Assembly (NCBI GenBank): GCA_963814585.1
Contig: CAWFDF010000004.1
Coordinates: forward strand, 192,001-256,000
Reading direction: 5' to 3'
DNA: 64,000 bases
Source of the DNA: an uncultured delta proteobacterium
Lineage (GTDB): Bacteria; Myxococcota; Myxococcia; Myxococcales; Anaeromyxobacteraceae
Shown: positions 29,756-41,004 of the stretch, one piece after another
How the letters are laid out: each line of letters starts with the position of its first letter
How positions within the stretch are numbered: the first letter of the stretch is position 1
The notes under the pieces: generated by a model
What the model was told of the DNA's origin: nothing
The model's input: the letters and a program-made list of their open reading frames with translations, nothing else
Database searches by the model: none
Program-made: the position numbers and the translations under genes

Positions 29756-31027
29756 TCAGGGGATGAGCGGCTGGCCGCCGGCGGCGGCGAGCCCGGCGGC
29801 CCGCGACACCAGGTGGCCGCCGTCGTTCTCCGGCGTGGTCTGGCAGGAGGCGCCCGCCCCGAAGGCCATGCCGGCCGCGCCGCCCGCGGCCACCCGGTCC
29901 GGGTGGTCGAAGAAGTAGTCGACCTTGTTGTCCCGGTTGGTGCCGTCCCCGGCGGCGTCGCAGGCGTCGGGGAGCGACATGTTCCCCACCGGGACCTGCC
30001 ACCAGAGCACCTTCTTCCCGGCGCGGTCGGCGACGGCGCGCGACCAGGCGAAGGCCTGCGCGAAGGTGGGGAGGGCCGTGTCGGTGGCGTCGAGCCAGCT
30101 GTTGCGCGGCGGGACCTGGCGCTGGTACCAGCCGGCGTCCCGGTCGGAGAGGTCGATGACCACGAGATCGGCGCAGCCGGACCCGGCGGCCAGGAGGAAG
30201 TCGGCGGTCTTCCTCCCCTCGGCGGCGACGTCGAGCGACGCGCTGGAGTTGGAGACGCAGTCGAAGCCGGAGGCCCAGGCCGAGCCGTGGAGCCCGACCA
30301 GCGCGTTGGGGGCGTGGCGGCGGACCATGGCGATCATGCAGCGCCCCAGGCCGGCGATCGACTCCTCCGCGGCGGCGCAGTCGGCCGGGTTGGCGCTGGC
30401 CACCCGGGCCGGCAGCCCGTGGGCGTCGGTGCCGGCGGCGCGCGCGGCGTGCTGGGCGTAGCCCCAGAAGTCGGGCTCGACGTGGACGATGGCCGGGGCG
30501 CTCCCGACCTGCTTCAGGAAGAACCTGAAGTCGTCGAGGTAGGCGGTCATGAAGGAGAGATCGCGCGCCGCCACGGTGGCCTCGGCGGTCCCCTCGCCGA
30601 TGCCGAGCCGCGCCTGGGCCGCCGGGAGGATCAGGTAGTAGGTGAACATGGGCCGGAGCCCGGCGGCGGCGGTGCCGGCGACGAAGTCGCGCACGAACTG
30701 GCCGGGCGGCCGCTGGTCCCACTGCCAGGTGCCCCACCAGGCGCTGCCGCAGCCCACCGCCGTGGCCCGGCCGGGGGCGAGGCAGGCCGGGTCGGGCGCC
30801 AGGACGCCGGCCAGGTACTGGTAGCGCAGGTCGAACCCCTGGCTCCCGACCACGCCGACGTCGCCGGCATAGCCGACGGCGAGCCGGTTCGGCAGCGCCG
30901 GGGCGGAGCCGGTGCAGGCCAGTGGTGCCGCCGGCCCGGCGGGCGCTGGAAGGGGCGCCGTGCCGCCGCCGCAGGCGGCGAGCGCTCCGGAGAGGGCCAG
31001 GATGACGATGGGGTGGAGCCGGCGCAT
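29756..31027 (-). CDS. uncharacterised lipoprotein, possibly glycoside hydrolase-like
   Basis: Lipobox LAAC; aromatic-rich [33 protein letters not shown]3-biased codons. Confidence 0.75.
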   Translation of the reverse strand: MRRLHPIVILALSGALAACGGGTAPLPAPAGPAAPLACTGSAPALPNRLAVGYAGDVGVVGSQGFDLRYQYLAGVLAPDPACLAPGRATAVGCGSAWWGTWQWDQRPPGQFVRDFVAGTAAAGLRPMFTYYLILPAAQARLGIGEGTAEATVAARDLSFMTAYLDDFRFFLKQVGSAPAIVHVEPDFWGYAQHAARAAGTDAHGLPARVASANPADCAAAEESIAGLGRCMIAMVRRHAPNALVGLHGSAWASGFDCVSNSSASLDVAAEGRKTADFLLAAGSGCADLVVIDLSDRDAGWYQRQVPPRNSWLDATDTALPTFAQAFAWSRAVADRAGKKVLWWQVPVGNMSLPDACDAAGDGTNRDNKVDYFFDHPDRVAAGGAAGMAFGAGASCQTTPENDGGHLVSRAAGLAAAGGQPLIP

Positions 31028-31168
31028 CCCGGGAGCCTATGACGGGACCGCTGGGATATCGACCTGGTGAAGGGGCGCGGCACGCGGGAGGGTGGCCCGA
31101 GGGAGGCGGCGCCCCTCCTTCCCGGCCGGGACTCGCGGGGAAGGCCCGCGCCAGGCGGGCCTCTTTCC

Positions 31169-31207
31169 TTGACTCCAGCCCGCCCGTTCAGTATCCATCC
31201 GTTCAGT
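31169..31207 (+). promoter_or_regulatory. recA promoter with two tandem Myxococcus-type LexA-like boxes
   Basis: TTGACT at 31169-31174; CCGTTCAGT twice, 15 bp apart; each matches CTRHAMRYBYGTTCAGS at 14/17 by manual count. Confidence 0.6.
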
Positions 31208-31290
31208 GGCCTGTCAGAGGGGGCCGGTACAACCCCTCCACACGACGAACGACGGGGACGCGGACGGCGCCCCCTCCAAGGAGATGTGAA

Positions 31291-32379
<1,089 letters not shown>

Positions 32380-32576
32380 CGGTCTCGAGTCCGGGCCCCG
32401 CGACCGCGGGTGCCGGGCGCGCACCAGGGGCTGGCTCCGAGAGGGGCCGGCCCCGCTTCGTCCCGGGGCACCCTGGCCCTCCCTGGTCCCGTCGAGAGCC
32501 CCGCGGCGGGGCTGGCAGCCCAGTCCCACCAGCGGCTGCGAGGGCGCGCCGGATATGCTCTAACCTCGTTCCCCAG

Positions 32577-33929
32577 ATGCCCGTGGACCTCTCCTCCAAG
32601 GACTGGCTCGCCCGCCTCGTCGACGAGGCGCTGGACCGCTACGACCCGGACGCCGAGCGGGCGCGCCTGCCCGACGAGCTGCTGCGGGCCGCGGCCGGCA
32701 GGGACCTGGTGCCGGGCGCCCGGATGCTGGTGGCCCGCTCGCTCCGCCTCCACAAGCTGGCGCCGGGCGACGACTCGCCGGAGGCGGCCTTCCTGGAGGA
32801 GGTGCGCGGCCACCTCGCCCTGGTGCTCGACGTGGCGCAGCTGGCCGGCCAGCCGTGGGACCGGCGTCGCGCCAGGGTCCAGCTGGCCGCCTCGCTGGCC
32901 GAGGCGCTCGGCGAGGCGGGCCTGGCGGCGGCCGACGACTCGGGGCCAGGCCCGGGCGGGACGGCGCACGACGTCGAGGCGGCGCTGCGGGCGGCCGGCC
33001 GCGACCTGAAGGCCCGCTTCTTCCCGCCCGGCGATCCCATCGACGGGCTCCCGCTCTACCCCGGCCTGCGCGCCTCGTTCCGGCGGCAGCTGGCCCGGGT
33101 CGCCATGGGGTTCCAGCGGACCGGGCGGTTCGAGGCCGAGGCGCTGGCCCGCCACCGCACCTTCGCCGAGCAGGAGCGCGCCCTGCTGGCCGAGGGGCTG
33201 GCCGGCCTGCTCGCCGCCGCGGCCCCGGCCCCGAGCGAGACCTGGGCCGTGCTGCGCCGCCGCCAGCTCGGCCGGCTCGGCCTCCCCGGCCCCAGGCTGC
33301 GCGACGCCCGCCACGCCGTGGCCACCCCCCGCACCCCCGGCGCCCTGGCCCTGGCCACGCCGACGCAGATGCGCCCCTTCCTCCTGGAGCAGCTGCTCCT
33401 CGCCAAGCGGCGGGCCCGGCTCCCGGCCGAGCCGGCGGCCGGGTACATCGAGGCCTTCCGCGTGGCGGCCGGGCTCGACGATCAGGCGCTGGTGGCGGCG
33501 CAGGTCGAGGCGGGGGCGCAGAACGACGACCACCTGGCCTGGTTCCAGGCGGTGGGCGGCCCTGGCTCCGACTGGGGCCGCCTGGCGGAGGCCTGGGAGG
33601 AGACCTCCGACGAGGTGGTGGAGCGGATCGGCGAGGCGGTCACCACCAGCCTGGACGCGCTGACCACCGAGCTGCGGGAGACCGGCGAGCTGGGCCAGCT
33701 GCTGGCGCGGGCGGCGGGCGGCGCCACCCTCACCGCCGACGAGAAGCGCAAGGTGAAGGAGCAGCTGGTCGACCTCGCCAAGGCGGTGCCGGCGCTGGCC
33801 ATCTTCGCGGCCCCCGGGGGCATGCTGCTGCTGCCGCTGCTGGCCAAGCTGCTGCCGTTCAGCCTGCTGCCCGGTGCGTGGGAGAAGGCGCGCGAGCGGG
33901 AGCGGCTGCGCCGCCAGCGACCGGGGTGA
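32577..33929 (+). CDS. helical protein with C-terminal LETM1-like segment
   Basis: C-terminus [44 protein letters not shown] resembles bacterial LETM1-related proteins. Confidence 0.7.
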   Translation: MPVDLSSKDWLARLVDEALDRYDPDAERARLPDELLRAAAGRDLVPGARMLVARSLRLHKLAPGDDSPEAAFLEEVRGHLALVLDVAQLAGQPWDRRRARVQLAASLAEALGEAGLAAADDSGPGPGGTAHDVEAALRAAGRDLKARFFPPGDPIDGLPLYPGLRASFRRQLARVAMGFQRTGRFEAEALARHRTFAEQERALLAEGLAGLLAAAAPAPSETWAVLRRRQLGRLGLPGPRLRDARHAVATPRTPGALALATPTQMRPFLLEQLLLAKRRARLPAEPAAGYIEAFRVAAGLDDQALVAAQVEAGAQNDDHLAWFQAVGGPGSDWGRLAEAWEETSDEVVERIGEAVTTSLDALTTELRETGELGQLLARAAGGATLTADEKRKVKEQLVDLAKAVPALAIFAAPGGMLLLPLLAKLLPFSLLPGAWEKARERERLRRQRPG

Positions 33930-34111
33930 GAGGGCGGCCGCCCTCCGGCGCAGGCGGGAACGTGAGCGGCTGCGACGTCATCGGCCGGACGGAGGGGCCG
34001 ATGGGACTCCGGCGCGGGCCGGCGCTCGTCAAGCCCTCGCCGCCCGGCGCGGGTCCCGGCTCCGGCCCGGGCGGAGGGGCCGGTGGGTCTCCGGCTTGCG
34101 CCGGCGCGCGC

Positions 34112-34648
34112 TCAGCCCTCGCCGCCCGGCTCGGGTCCCGGATCCGGCTCGGAGGGCGCGGCTTCGACCGGCGAGGGCGGCTCGGCCTGCGGTTCGGCGG
34201 AGAGGCAATCGGGGCAGGTCCCGACCAGCTCGTGGTAGTGCGACTCGAGCCGGTAGCCGTGCCTGGAAGCCACCTCGCGCTGCAGGATCTCGAAGGCCTC
34301 GAACTCGAACTCGATGACCTGGCCGCAGCGGCCGCAGAGCAGGTGGTCGTGGTGCTCGCGCCCGAAGGTGGTCTCGTAGCTCTTGGAGTCGGCCACCACG
34401 ATGGCCGGCTGGAGGATGCCGGCCTCGGCGAGCAGCGGCAGCGTCCGGTAGACGGTCGCCTTGGAGCCGCGGATCCCGCGTGCCTTCAGGTCGGCGATCA
34501 GGTCGTCGATCGGGTAGTGGCCCTGCCGGGCCATGGCCGCCTCGACGATGGCGGCGCGTGCCTCGGTGAGCCGGAGGTCCTTCAGGTGGAGGAACCGCTC
34601 GAACTTGTCGAGCGCGGCCTTCATCTTGTCCTTGTCGGAAAGTTCCAT
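34112..34648 (-). CDS. Fur family transcriptional regulator
   Basis: RLTEAR, SKATVYRTL, HHDHLLCGRCG, GTCPDC. Confidence 0.93.
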   Translation of the reverse strand: MELSDKDKMKAALDKFERFLHLKDLRLTEARAAIVEAAMARQGHYPIDDLIADLKARGIRGSKATVYRTLPLLAEAGILQPAIVVADSKSYETTFGREHHDHLLCGRCGQVIEFEFEAFEILQREVASRHGYRLESHYHELVGTCPDCLSAEPQAEPPSPVEAAPSEPDPGPEPGGEG

Positions 34649-34671
34649 GCGACCTTGTCTCACGGGTCCAG

Positions 34672-34700
34672 ACGGTAGCGGGCCGTCCGGGTGGAGTCAA
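34672..34700 (-). promoter_or_regulatory. sigma70-type promoter of the Fur-family gene
   Basis: Minus strand TTGACT-17nt-TACCGT. Confidence 0.6.
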
Positions 34701-34775
34701 CGAGGCTCACCGAGCCTGACATCCCGTCCCTGTTCCCTTGTTTCGCGGCGGCTCACCGCGCTACATCGGGTGCCA

Positions 34776-36839
34776 GTGCGCCACCGTCTCGCCTCCGCCG
34801 CCCTCCTCGCCAGCCTGGCCCTCCCCGCCCGGGGCCTGGCGCCCTCCCCCGCCAGCAGCGCCGGCGCACCGCCCACGGCGCTGCGCCAGGCCATCGACGC
34901 GCTGGTGGAGCGGTCGGCGCTGGCCGGCGCCCGCGTCGGCATCTGCGTGGTGTCTCTCGACTCCGGGGCCACGCTCTACGCCCGCGACGCCGACACGCTG
35001 CTCAACCCCGCCTCCGGCGTGAAGCTCTTCACCTCGGCCGCGGCGCTGGCCCGGCTCGGGCCGGAGTACCGGTTCGAGACCGAGGCCTGGCTCGACGAGG
35101 CGGGCCTGGCCGGCGGGGCGGCCCGCGCCCTCTACCTGCGCGGCAAGGGCGACCCGACGCTCACCACCGAGCGGCTCTGGGCGTTCGCCGCGGACCTGCA
35201 GCACCTCGGGCTGAAGCGGGTCGGCGACCTGGTGCTCGACGAGGGCTGGTTCGACGCCGAGCGGACAGGCGCCGGCTTCGACCAGGAGTCCGGCGACCAT
35301 GGCTACCTGGCGCCGGCCGGGGCGCTCTCGCTCAACTTCAACACCGTCGCGATCCACGTCGCGCCGGGCCCGCGGCCAGGCGCCCCCGGGCGGGTCGAGC
35401 TGGAGCCGGAGTCCGCCTACATCGAGCTCGTCAACCGGACCGTGACGGTGGGACCTCGCGCGGGCCGGCGGCTCTCCGTCACCTCGACGCCAGGCGGGCC
35501 GCCTGGCCGGCAGCGGATCACGGTGGAGGGTCGGCTCCCGGCCGGCCGGCGCCCGGTGACCTGGTGGCGCAAGATCGACGATCCGGCCCGGTACCTCGGC
35601 CAGACGCTGCGGCGGCTGCTGGAGCTTCGCGGCGTCCGGGTGACCGGGCAGGTGCGTCTCGGGGCGGTGCCGGCAGGAGCCCAGCTCCTCCACGTGGCCG
35701 AGTCGGAGCCGCTCTCGGACGTGGTCCGCCGTCTCAACAAGGGCAGCAACAACTTCATGGCCGAGCAGCTCCTCAAGACGCTCGGCGCGGAGGCGGCAGG
35801 TCCGCCCGGGAGCTGGAGCTCCGGGCTGGCGGTGGTGGAGTCCTTCCTGGCCTCGCTCGGCCTGCCGCGGGGCAGCTACGTGATGAAGAACGGCTCGGGG
35901 CTCAACGACGCCAACCGGTTCAGCGCCCGGCAGGTGGCGCGGCTGCTGGCGGAGACCTGGCGCCGCTTCCCGGTGGCCCCCGAGTTCCTCTCCTCGCTGC
36001 CGCTGGCGGGCAAGGACGGGACCATCCGCTGGCGGCTGGAGGGGCCGGCGCTGGCCGGGCGGGTGCGGGCCAAGACCGGCACGCTCGACGGCGTCAACTC
36101 GCTGGCCGGCTACGTGGAGACCGAGGAGCGGGAGCGGCTGGCCTTCGCCATCCTGGTCAATGACGCGCCGGGGAAGGCGGCGGCGATGACGCCGGGCATC
36201 GACGCGGTGACGGCCGCGCTGGTGACGGGAGGCGCGACCGGAGCCGCCGCCACGGTGGTGACGGCGGGTGCCCAGGACGGCGGCGCCACCTCCCCGGAGG
36301 CGCTCGACGCGGCGGCCCTCACCTATCTCGCCATGGGCCGGGCCCACGATCGGCGCAACGTCACCTTCCTTCGAACCGCGCTGCGGGCCGAGGCCGCGCC
36401 GCAGCTTCGCCTGGCGGTGGCCGAGGCGCTCTACCGCTCCGACCCCGACGCCGCCGCGGCCCGGCGCGGCCTGCTCGAGGCCTCCGACCCCCTCCCGGCA
36501 CCGCCGCTGGCGCGCCTGCTCGGGCTGGCGCAGGCCGGTGAACCTCCACCCGTGGTGGCGGCGCTCGGCGATCTCGCCGGCGAGGGCAGCGGCGACGCCA
36601 TCGCCCGGCTGCTGGCGCTGGCCGCCGCCGAGCCGTCCCCGCCCCTGCGCGAGGCGCTGGCCGCCGTGCTCGGCGAGGTGGTCGAGGCGGCGCCGACCGA
36701 GCTCCGCGTGGCGCTGCAGGCCGCCCCGCCGCCGGTGCGGGAGGCGGCGGCGGCCCTGCTGGGCGACCGGCTGCCCCCGGCGCCGGGCACGCTCGAGCCG
36801 GCCTCCATCGGGCCGGCCGCTGTCAGACCCGACCGCTAG
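34776..36839 (+). CDS. dacB: D-Ala-D-Ala carboxypeptidase/endopeptidase (PBP4, peptidase S13) with C-terminal helical extension
   Basis: Signal peptide; PASGVK (SxxK), GDPTL, SNN, NGSGL, AKTGTL; start uncertain (GTG 34770 or 34776). Confidence 0.9.
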   Translation: MRHRLASAALLASLALPARGLAPSPASSAGAPPTALRQAIDALVERSALAGARVGICVVSLDSGATLYARDADTLLNPASGVKLFTSAAALARLGPEYRFETEAWLDEAGLAGGAARALYLRGKGDPTLTTERLWAFAADLQHLGLKRVGDLVLDEGWFDAERTGAGFDQESGDHGYLAPAGALSLNFNTVAIHVAPGPRPGAPGRVELEPESAYIELVNRTVTVGPRAGRRLSVTSTPGGPPGRQRITVEGRLPAGRRPVTWWRKIDDPARYLGQTLRRLLELRGVRVTGQVRLGAVPAGAQLLHVAESEPLSDVVRRLNKGSNNFMAEQLLKTLGAEAAGPPGSWSSGLAVVESFLASLGLPRGSYVMKNGSGLNDANRFSARQVARLLAETWRRFPVAPEFLSSLPLAGKDGTIRWRLEGPALAGRVRAKTGTLDGVNSLAGYVETEERERLAFAILVNDAPGKAAAMTPGIDAVTAALVTGGATGAAATVVTAGAQDGGATSPEALDAAALTYLAMGRAHDRRNVTFLRTALRAEAAPQLRLAVAEALYRSDPDAAAARRGLLEASDPLPAPPLARLLGLAQAGEPPPVVAALGDLAGEGSGDAIARLLALAAAEPSPPLREALAAVLGEVVEAAPTELRVALQAAPPPVREAAAALLGDRLPPAPGTLEPASIGPAAVRPDR

Positions 36840-36898
36840 GTTGCCAGCCTCACGACGCCGGCGGCTCACGCCGGCCACGCACGCGAAAGGTCACACCC

Positions 36899-37363
36899 AT
36901 GGTCAACAAGGTCATCCTGGTCGGCAACCTCGGCAAGGACCCCGAGGTCCGCTACACCACCGGCGGCCAGGCCGTCGCCAACCTCCGCATCGCCACCTCC
37001 CGCTCCTGGACCGACAAGCAGTCGGGCCAGAAGAAGGAGGAGACCGAGTGGCATGACGTCGAGGTCTGGGGCAAGCAGGCCGAGCAGTGCGGGGAGTTCC
37101 TGTCCAAGGGGCGCCAGGTCTACGTCGAGGGTCGGCTCAAGACCGACAGCTGGGACGACAAGACGTCCGGCCAGAAGCGCTCCCGCGTGAAGGTGGTGGC
37201 CGACACGGTCCGCTTCCTCGGCGGTGGCGGCGGCGCCGGGCGCGGCGCCGGGGCACCGGGCGGCGCCCGTCCGCCGCAGGGTGGTGGTGACGACCAGGGC
37301 GGTCCGCCCCCCGGGTTCGACGACGGCGGCAGCGGCGGCGGGCACGAGGACATCCCCTTCTAG
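36899..37363 (+). CDS. ssb: single-stranded DNA-binding protein
   Basis: [26 protein letters not shown], Gly-rich linker, EDIPF tail. Confidence 0.98.
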   Translation: MVNKVILVGNLGKDPEVRYTTGGQAVANLRIATSRSWTDKQSGQKKEETEWHDVEVWGKQAEQCGEFLSKGRQVYVEGRLKTDSWDDKTSGQKRSRVKVVADTVRFLGGGGGAGRGAGAPGGARPPQGGGDDQGGPPPGFDDGGSGGGHEDIPF

Positions 37364-37393
37364 CCAGCACATCCGGCGCGGAGGCCCCGTCCG

Positions 37394-37744
37394 ATGAAGC
37401 CGCTGGTGGTGGTGGTCCGCGACCTGGTCTTCCGCTCCAAGATCCACGCGGCGGCCGAGCGGCTGGGCGTGCCGCTCCGGCTGGCCCCGCGCGGATCGAC
37501 GCTCTCCGAGGCCATCGCCGGCATCGAGCGGCCGACCGTGCTGGCCGATCTCGGCGAGCCCGGGCTGCTCGAGCAGGTCCGCGCCGCCAAGGGGCAGGGA
37601 CCGGTCCGCGTCATCGGCTACCTCGGCCACCTCCAGGAGGGGCTCATGGCGGAGGCCCGGTCGGCCGGCGTCGACGAGGTGCTCACCCGCGGCCAGTTCG
37701 TGGCCCGGCTCGACTCGCTGCTCCACGGTGGCGAGGTGAACTGA
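37394..37744 (+). CDS. small receiver-like (CheY-fold) protein, atypical
   Basis: Beta/alpha alternation, VVVVRD, VLADL, ARSAGVDEVL. Confidence 0.6.
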   Translation: MKPLVVVVRDLVFRSKIHAAAERLGVPLRLAPRGSTLSEAIAGIERPTVLADLGEPGLLEQVRAAKGQGPVRVIGYLGHLQEGLMAEARSAGVDEVLTRGQFVARLDSLLHGGEVN

Positions 37745-37848
37745 GCTGCCGCCCGGCCCGTCGGGCGGAGGAACCGGCCACCTCGGGTGCGAGGGGTCCG
37801 CCGTGCTCGGCGGTCGACAGGCGGGGCCGGTGGCGCTAGAGAGTGGCC

Positions 37849-38115
37849 ATGGCTGCGCCCAGGATCACCGTCTACACCAAGGCCTCCTGTCCCTACTGCG
37901 TGCGGGCCAAGGCCCTGCTCAAGCGGAAGGGGTTCGCCTTCGAGGAGGTCTCCGTCGAGGGCAAGGACGAGCTGCGCACCTGGCTGGTCGAGCAGACCGG
38001 CCAGATGACCGTGCCGCAGGTCTTCGCCGGCGACCGATCGCTGGGCGGGTTCAGCGATCTCGACGCGCTCGACCGCGAGGGCCAGCTCGATCCCATCCTG
38101 CGAGGCGACGCCTGA
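37849..38115 (+). CDS. grxC: glutaredoxin 3
   Basis: CPYC, TVPQVF, GGFSDL. Confidence 0.9.
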   Translation: MAAPRITVYTKASCPYCVRAKALLKRKGFAFEEVSVEGKDELRTWLVEQTGQMTVPQVFAGDRSLGGFSDLDALDREGQLDPILRGDA

Positions 38116-38134
38116 TCCCGGCGGGGAGGAACCC

Positions 38135-38551
38135 GTGGCCTGCTGGCTGGTGAAGACCGAGCCGTCCACCTACTCGTTCGACGACCTGCTCCTCGAGAAG
38201 AGGACGGCCTGGACCGGCGTGAAGAACCCGCAGGCGCAGCTTCAGCTGCGGGCCATGAGGACCGGCGACCGGGTCGCCGTCTACCACACCGGCGGCGAGA
38301 AGGCCGTGGTCGGCACGGCGCGGGTGGCGCGGGCGGCCAGGCCGGACCCGACCGACCGCGAGGGCCGGCGGGTGGCCGTCGAGCTCGCGCCGGCCCGGCC
38401 GCTCGCCGAGCCGGTGACCCTGGCCGCGCTGCGGGCCGAGAAGGCCTTCGCCGGCTCCGCGCTGCTCCGGCAGGGCCGGCTCTCGGTGGTGCCGCTCACC
38501 GCCGCCCAGTGGCGGGTGGTCCAGGTTCTGGGGCGCGCCCGGCGCGCGTGA
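38135..38551 (+). CDS. EVE domain protein
   Basis: WLVKTEPSTYSFDDL, WTGVKN, GD...YHTG, RQGRLSVVP. Confidence 0.9.
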   Translation: MACWLVKTEPSTYSFDDLLLEKRTAWTGVKNPQAQLQLRAMRTGDRVAVYHTGGEKAVVGTARVARAARPDPTDREGRRVAVELAPARPLAEPVTLAALRAEKAFAGSALLRQGRLSVVPLTAAQWRVVQVLGRARRA

Positions 38552-38568
38552 TAACGTCGGCCGCGTCC

Positions 38569-40983
38569 GTGGCCCCGTCCCTCATCGAGAAGTACCGGCA
38601 GATCCTCGCGGCCGATCCTCGTTCGCGCATCTTCGTGGAGCTGGCCCGGGCCCTCCTCGATCGCGGCGACACCAGCCTCGCCATGGAGGTCTGCCGGGCC
38701 GGGCTCGAGCACCACCCGAGGTCGATCCTGGGGCGAGTCACCTGGGGGCGGGCGCTGCTGCAGGCGGGCGACCTCAAGGGCGCCCAGGACCAGTTCGACG
38801 TGGCCATCGGCATCGATCCCGGCACGCCGCACGCCTACAACCTGGTCGGCGAGGTGCTGGTGGCGGCCGGCCACTTCCGCGAGGCGCTGCCGGTCCTGTC
38901 CCGCGCCGCCGAGATGCAGCCGGCCGACGCCCAGGCCAGGGCGCGGCTGGAGGAGGCGCGCCGGCGGGCGGGCGGCGGGACCGCGGTGGCCCTCCCCGCC
39001 GTCGTCGCGCCGGCCGCGGGCAGCGCGCCGAAGCCCGCCACCGCCCCGGCTCCTGGCCAGGCCGGCCCGACCCGCGCCGCCATGCCGGCCGTCACCGGAC
39101 CGGGCCAGGACGATCGCCCTCCTCTCGACGCCTCCAGGTCCACCGACGACACCCGCACCGAGGAGCTGACCCTTCAGCTCGCCGTCGGCGAGGGGCCCGC
39201 CGGCTCCGGGCAACCGGCCCAGCCGCCCCGACCGCCCCCCGTCCCGCCGGGCCGCCGGGGCGGACTCCCGGGCCCTCGCACCCTCCTCGGCATCCTGCCG
39301 CCGGGCGAGGGGGCGCCTGCCAGGGCCGCCGCGACGGCCACCGCCCCCGACGCGGCCGAGGCCGCCCGCCTGGCCTCGACCTACGAGCGGGAGCTTCGCG
39401 AGAAGGCGGCCCACGCCGAGGCCCAGGCCACGGCGCCCTCGAGGCGCGGCCGGGCCGTCGCCCTGCTGGCGCTGGCTGCGGTCCTGGCCGGCGCCCTCGG
39501 CACCTTCGCCTGGTTCAGGGCCCGCTCCCAGGCGGAGGAGCTGGAGCGGTCCCTCCGGGAGGCCCGCGCCGGGCTGGCGCGTGACACCCGCGGCGCCCTG
39601 GCCGAGGCGGCCGAGGTGCTGTCCAGGTCCCGGGCCGTCTCGCCCCGCGATCCGAGGCTCCTCTCGCTGGTGGCGCAGGTCAACGCGGTGCTGGCGTCGG
39701 ACCACGGCGACGCCGCCGCGCGCGCCCTGGCGCTGGAGCTGACCGACCCGGGCGTCGCCGGTGACGGCGCGCTGGCGGCGCGCTGGCTGCTGGCCGGCAG
39801 CGGCGCCGAGCGGGCCGCCGCGGCCACGGCCCTGCTCTCCACCCCGGCCGGTGCCACCCCGGAGCCGATCCTCCTCCGGCTGGCCGGCGAGGTCCTGCTC
39901 TCGCGCGGCGAGCTCGCCTCCGGCCGGGCCCGGCTGGAGCAGGCGGCCAGGGCCTCGCCGCCACTCCTCGCCGCGGTGGCCTCCCTCGGCGACAGCCACC
40001 TCCAGGCGGGCGACGCCGAGCGGGCGCTGGCCTTCTACGAGGGGGCCATCCGGGCCCACGCCACGCACCCGCGATCGGTGATGGGCGCCGCCGAGGCCCG
40101 GCTGGCGCTGGCGCGCCCGCTCGATGGCTCGCTGCTCGAGCTGGCCGCGGTCCAGGCCGATCCGGCCAGCCCGCCGCCGGTGCGCGAGAGGCTCCGCTTC
40201 GAGCTGGCCTACGCCCGGGTGCTGGCCGCCTCGGGCCAGATCGACGGCGCCGCGCGGCGGCTCACGCTGGCCGCCGGCGCGCTCGGCGACTCCTCCAGGC
40301 TCGAGGCCGCCCTCGCCAGCCTGCTCCTCGACGCCCGCCGATGGGACCAGGCCGAGGCGGCGGCCGGCAAGGCGATCCGCCTCGAGCCGAAGGTGGTGGA
40401 CCACCGCGTGCTGCTGGCCCGCGCCCGCAACGGCGCCCACCGGCACGCCGCGGCGCTCCAGGCGCTCGACGGGCAGGACGGCCGGCAGGCCTGGCTGGAG
40501 CGCGGCATCGCGCTCCACGGGATGGGCCGGCAGGAGCAGGCCCGGGCCGCGCTGGAGAAGACCCTCCGCGACGGGAGGATGCCGGCCGAGGCGGCCGTCT
40601 GGTATGCCCGCGCCGACGTCGCCCGGGGCCGCGCCGACCGGGCCGTGACCCTGCTCACCAGGCTGGCGGCCGCACCCGGCGCCGGGCCGCTGGCCCAGGC
40701 CACGCTGGGCGAGGCGCTGCTGGCGGCCGGGCGTCCTGCCGACGCCGAGACGGCCTGCCAGGCCGCCGTGGCCCGGGACGCCAGCGCGCCGGAGGGGCAC
40801 CGCTGCCTCGGCCAGGTGTTGCTGGCCCGAGGCCACGCCCAGGCCGCCATCGCCTCGCTGGAGCGGGCGCTCGAGCTCGACCCGGCCGACCCCGAGGCCA
40901 GGACGCTGCTGGCCGCGGCCAGGGCGCCGCCGGCACCGAAGGCCCCGGCGAAGAAGGCGCCACCGAGGAAGGCGAGGAAGTAG
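38569..40983 (+). CDS. membrane-anchored tetratricopeptide repeat protein
   Basis: N-terminal TPRs (DPRSRIFVELA), Pro-rich linker, one TM segment, many C-terminal TPR-like repeats; start uncertain (38548 or 38569). Confidence 0.8.
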   Translation: MAPSLIEKYRQILAADPRSRIFVELARALLDRGDTSLAMEVCRAGLEHHPRSILGRVTWGRALLQAGDLKGAQDQFDVAIGIDPGTPHAYNLVGEVLVAAGHFREALPVLSRAAEMQPADAQARARLEEARRRAGGGTAVALPAVVAPAAGSAPKPATAPAPGQAGPTRAAMPAVTGPGQDDRPPLDASRSTDDTRTEELTLQLAVGEGPAGSGQPAQPPRPPPVPPGRRGGLPGPRTLLGILPPGEGAPARAAATATAPDAAEAARLASTYERELREKAAHAEAQATAPSRRGRAVALLALAAVLAGALGTFAWFRARSQAEELERSLREARAGLARDTRGALAEAAEVLSRSRAVSPRDPRLLSLVAQVNAVLASDHGDAAARALALELTDPGVAGDGALAARWLLAGSGAERAAAATALLSTPAGATPEPILLRLAGEVLLSRGELASGRARLEQAARASPPLLAAVASLGDSHLQAGDAERALAFYEGAIRAHATHPRSVMGAAEARLALARPLDGSLLELAAVQADPASPPPVRERLRFELAYARVLAASGQIDGAARRLTLAAGALGDSSRLEAALASLLLDARRWDQAEAAAGKAIRLEPKVVDHRVLLARARNGAHRHAAALQALDGQDGRQAWLERGIALHGMGRQEQARAALEKTLRDGRMPAEAAVWYARADVARGRADRAVTLLTRLAAAPGAGPLAQATLGEALLAAGRPADAETACQAAVARDASAPEGHRCLGQVLLARGHAQAAIASLERALELDPADPEARTLLAAARAPPAPKAPAKKAPPRKARK

Positions 40984-41004
40984 CCGCCGGACCGCGTCCG
41001 GCCC

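Noticed and set aside
33979..34003. SRP RNA domain IV-like hairpin
   Set aside because: Loop is GGAC and the conserved CAGG/AGCA internal loop is missing
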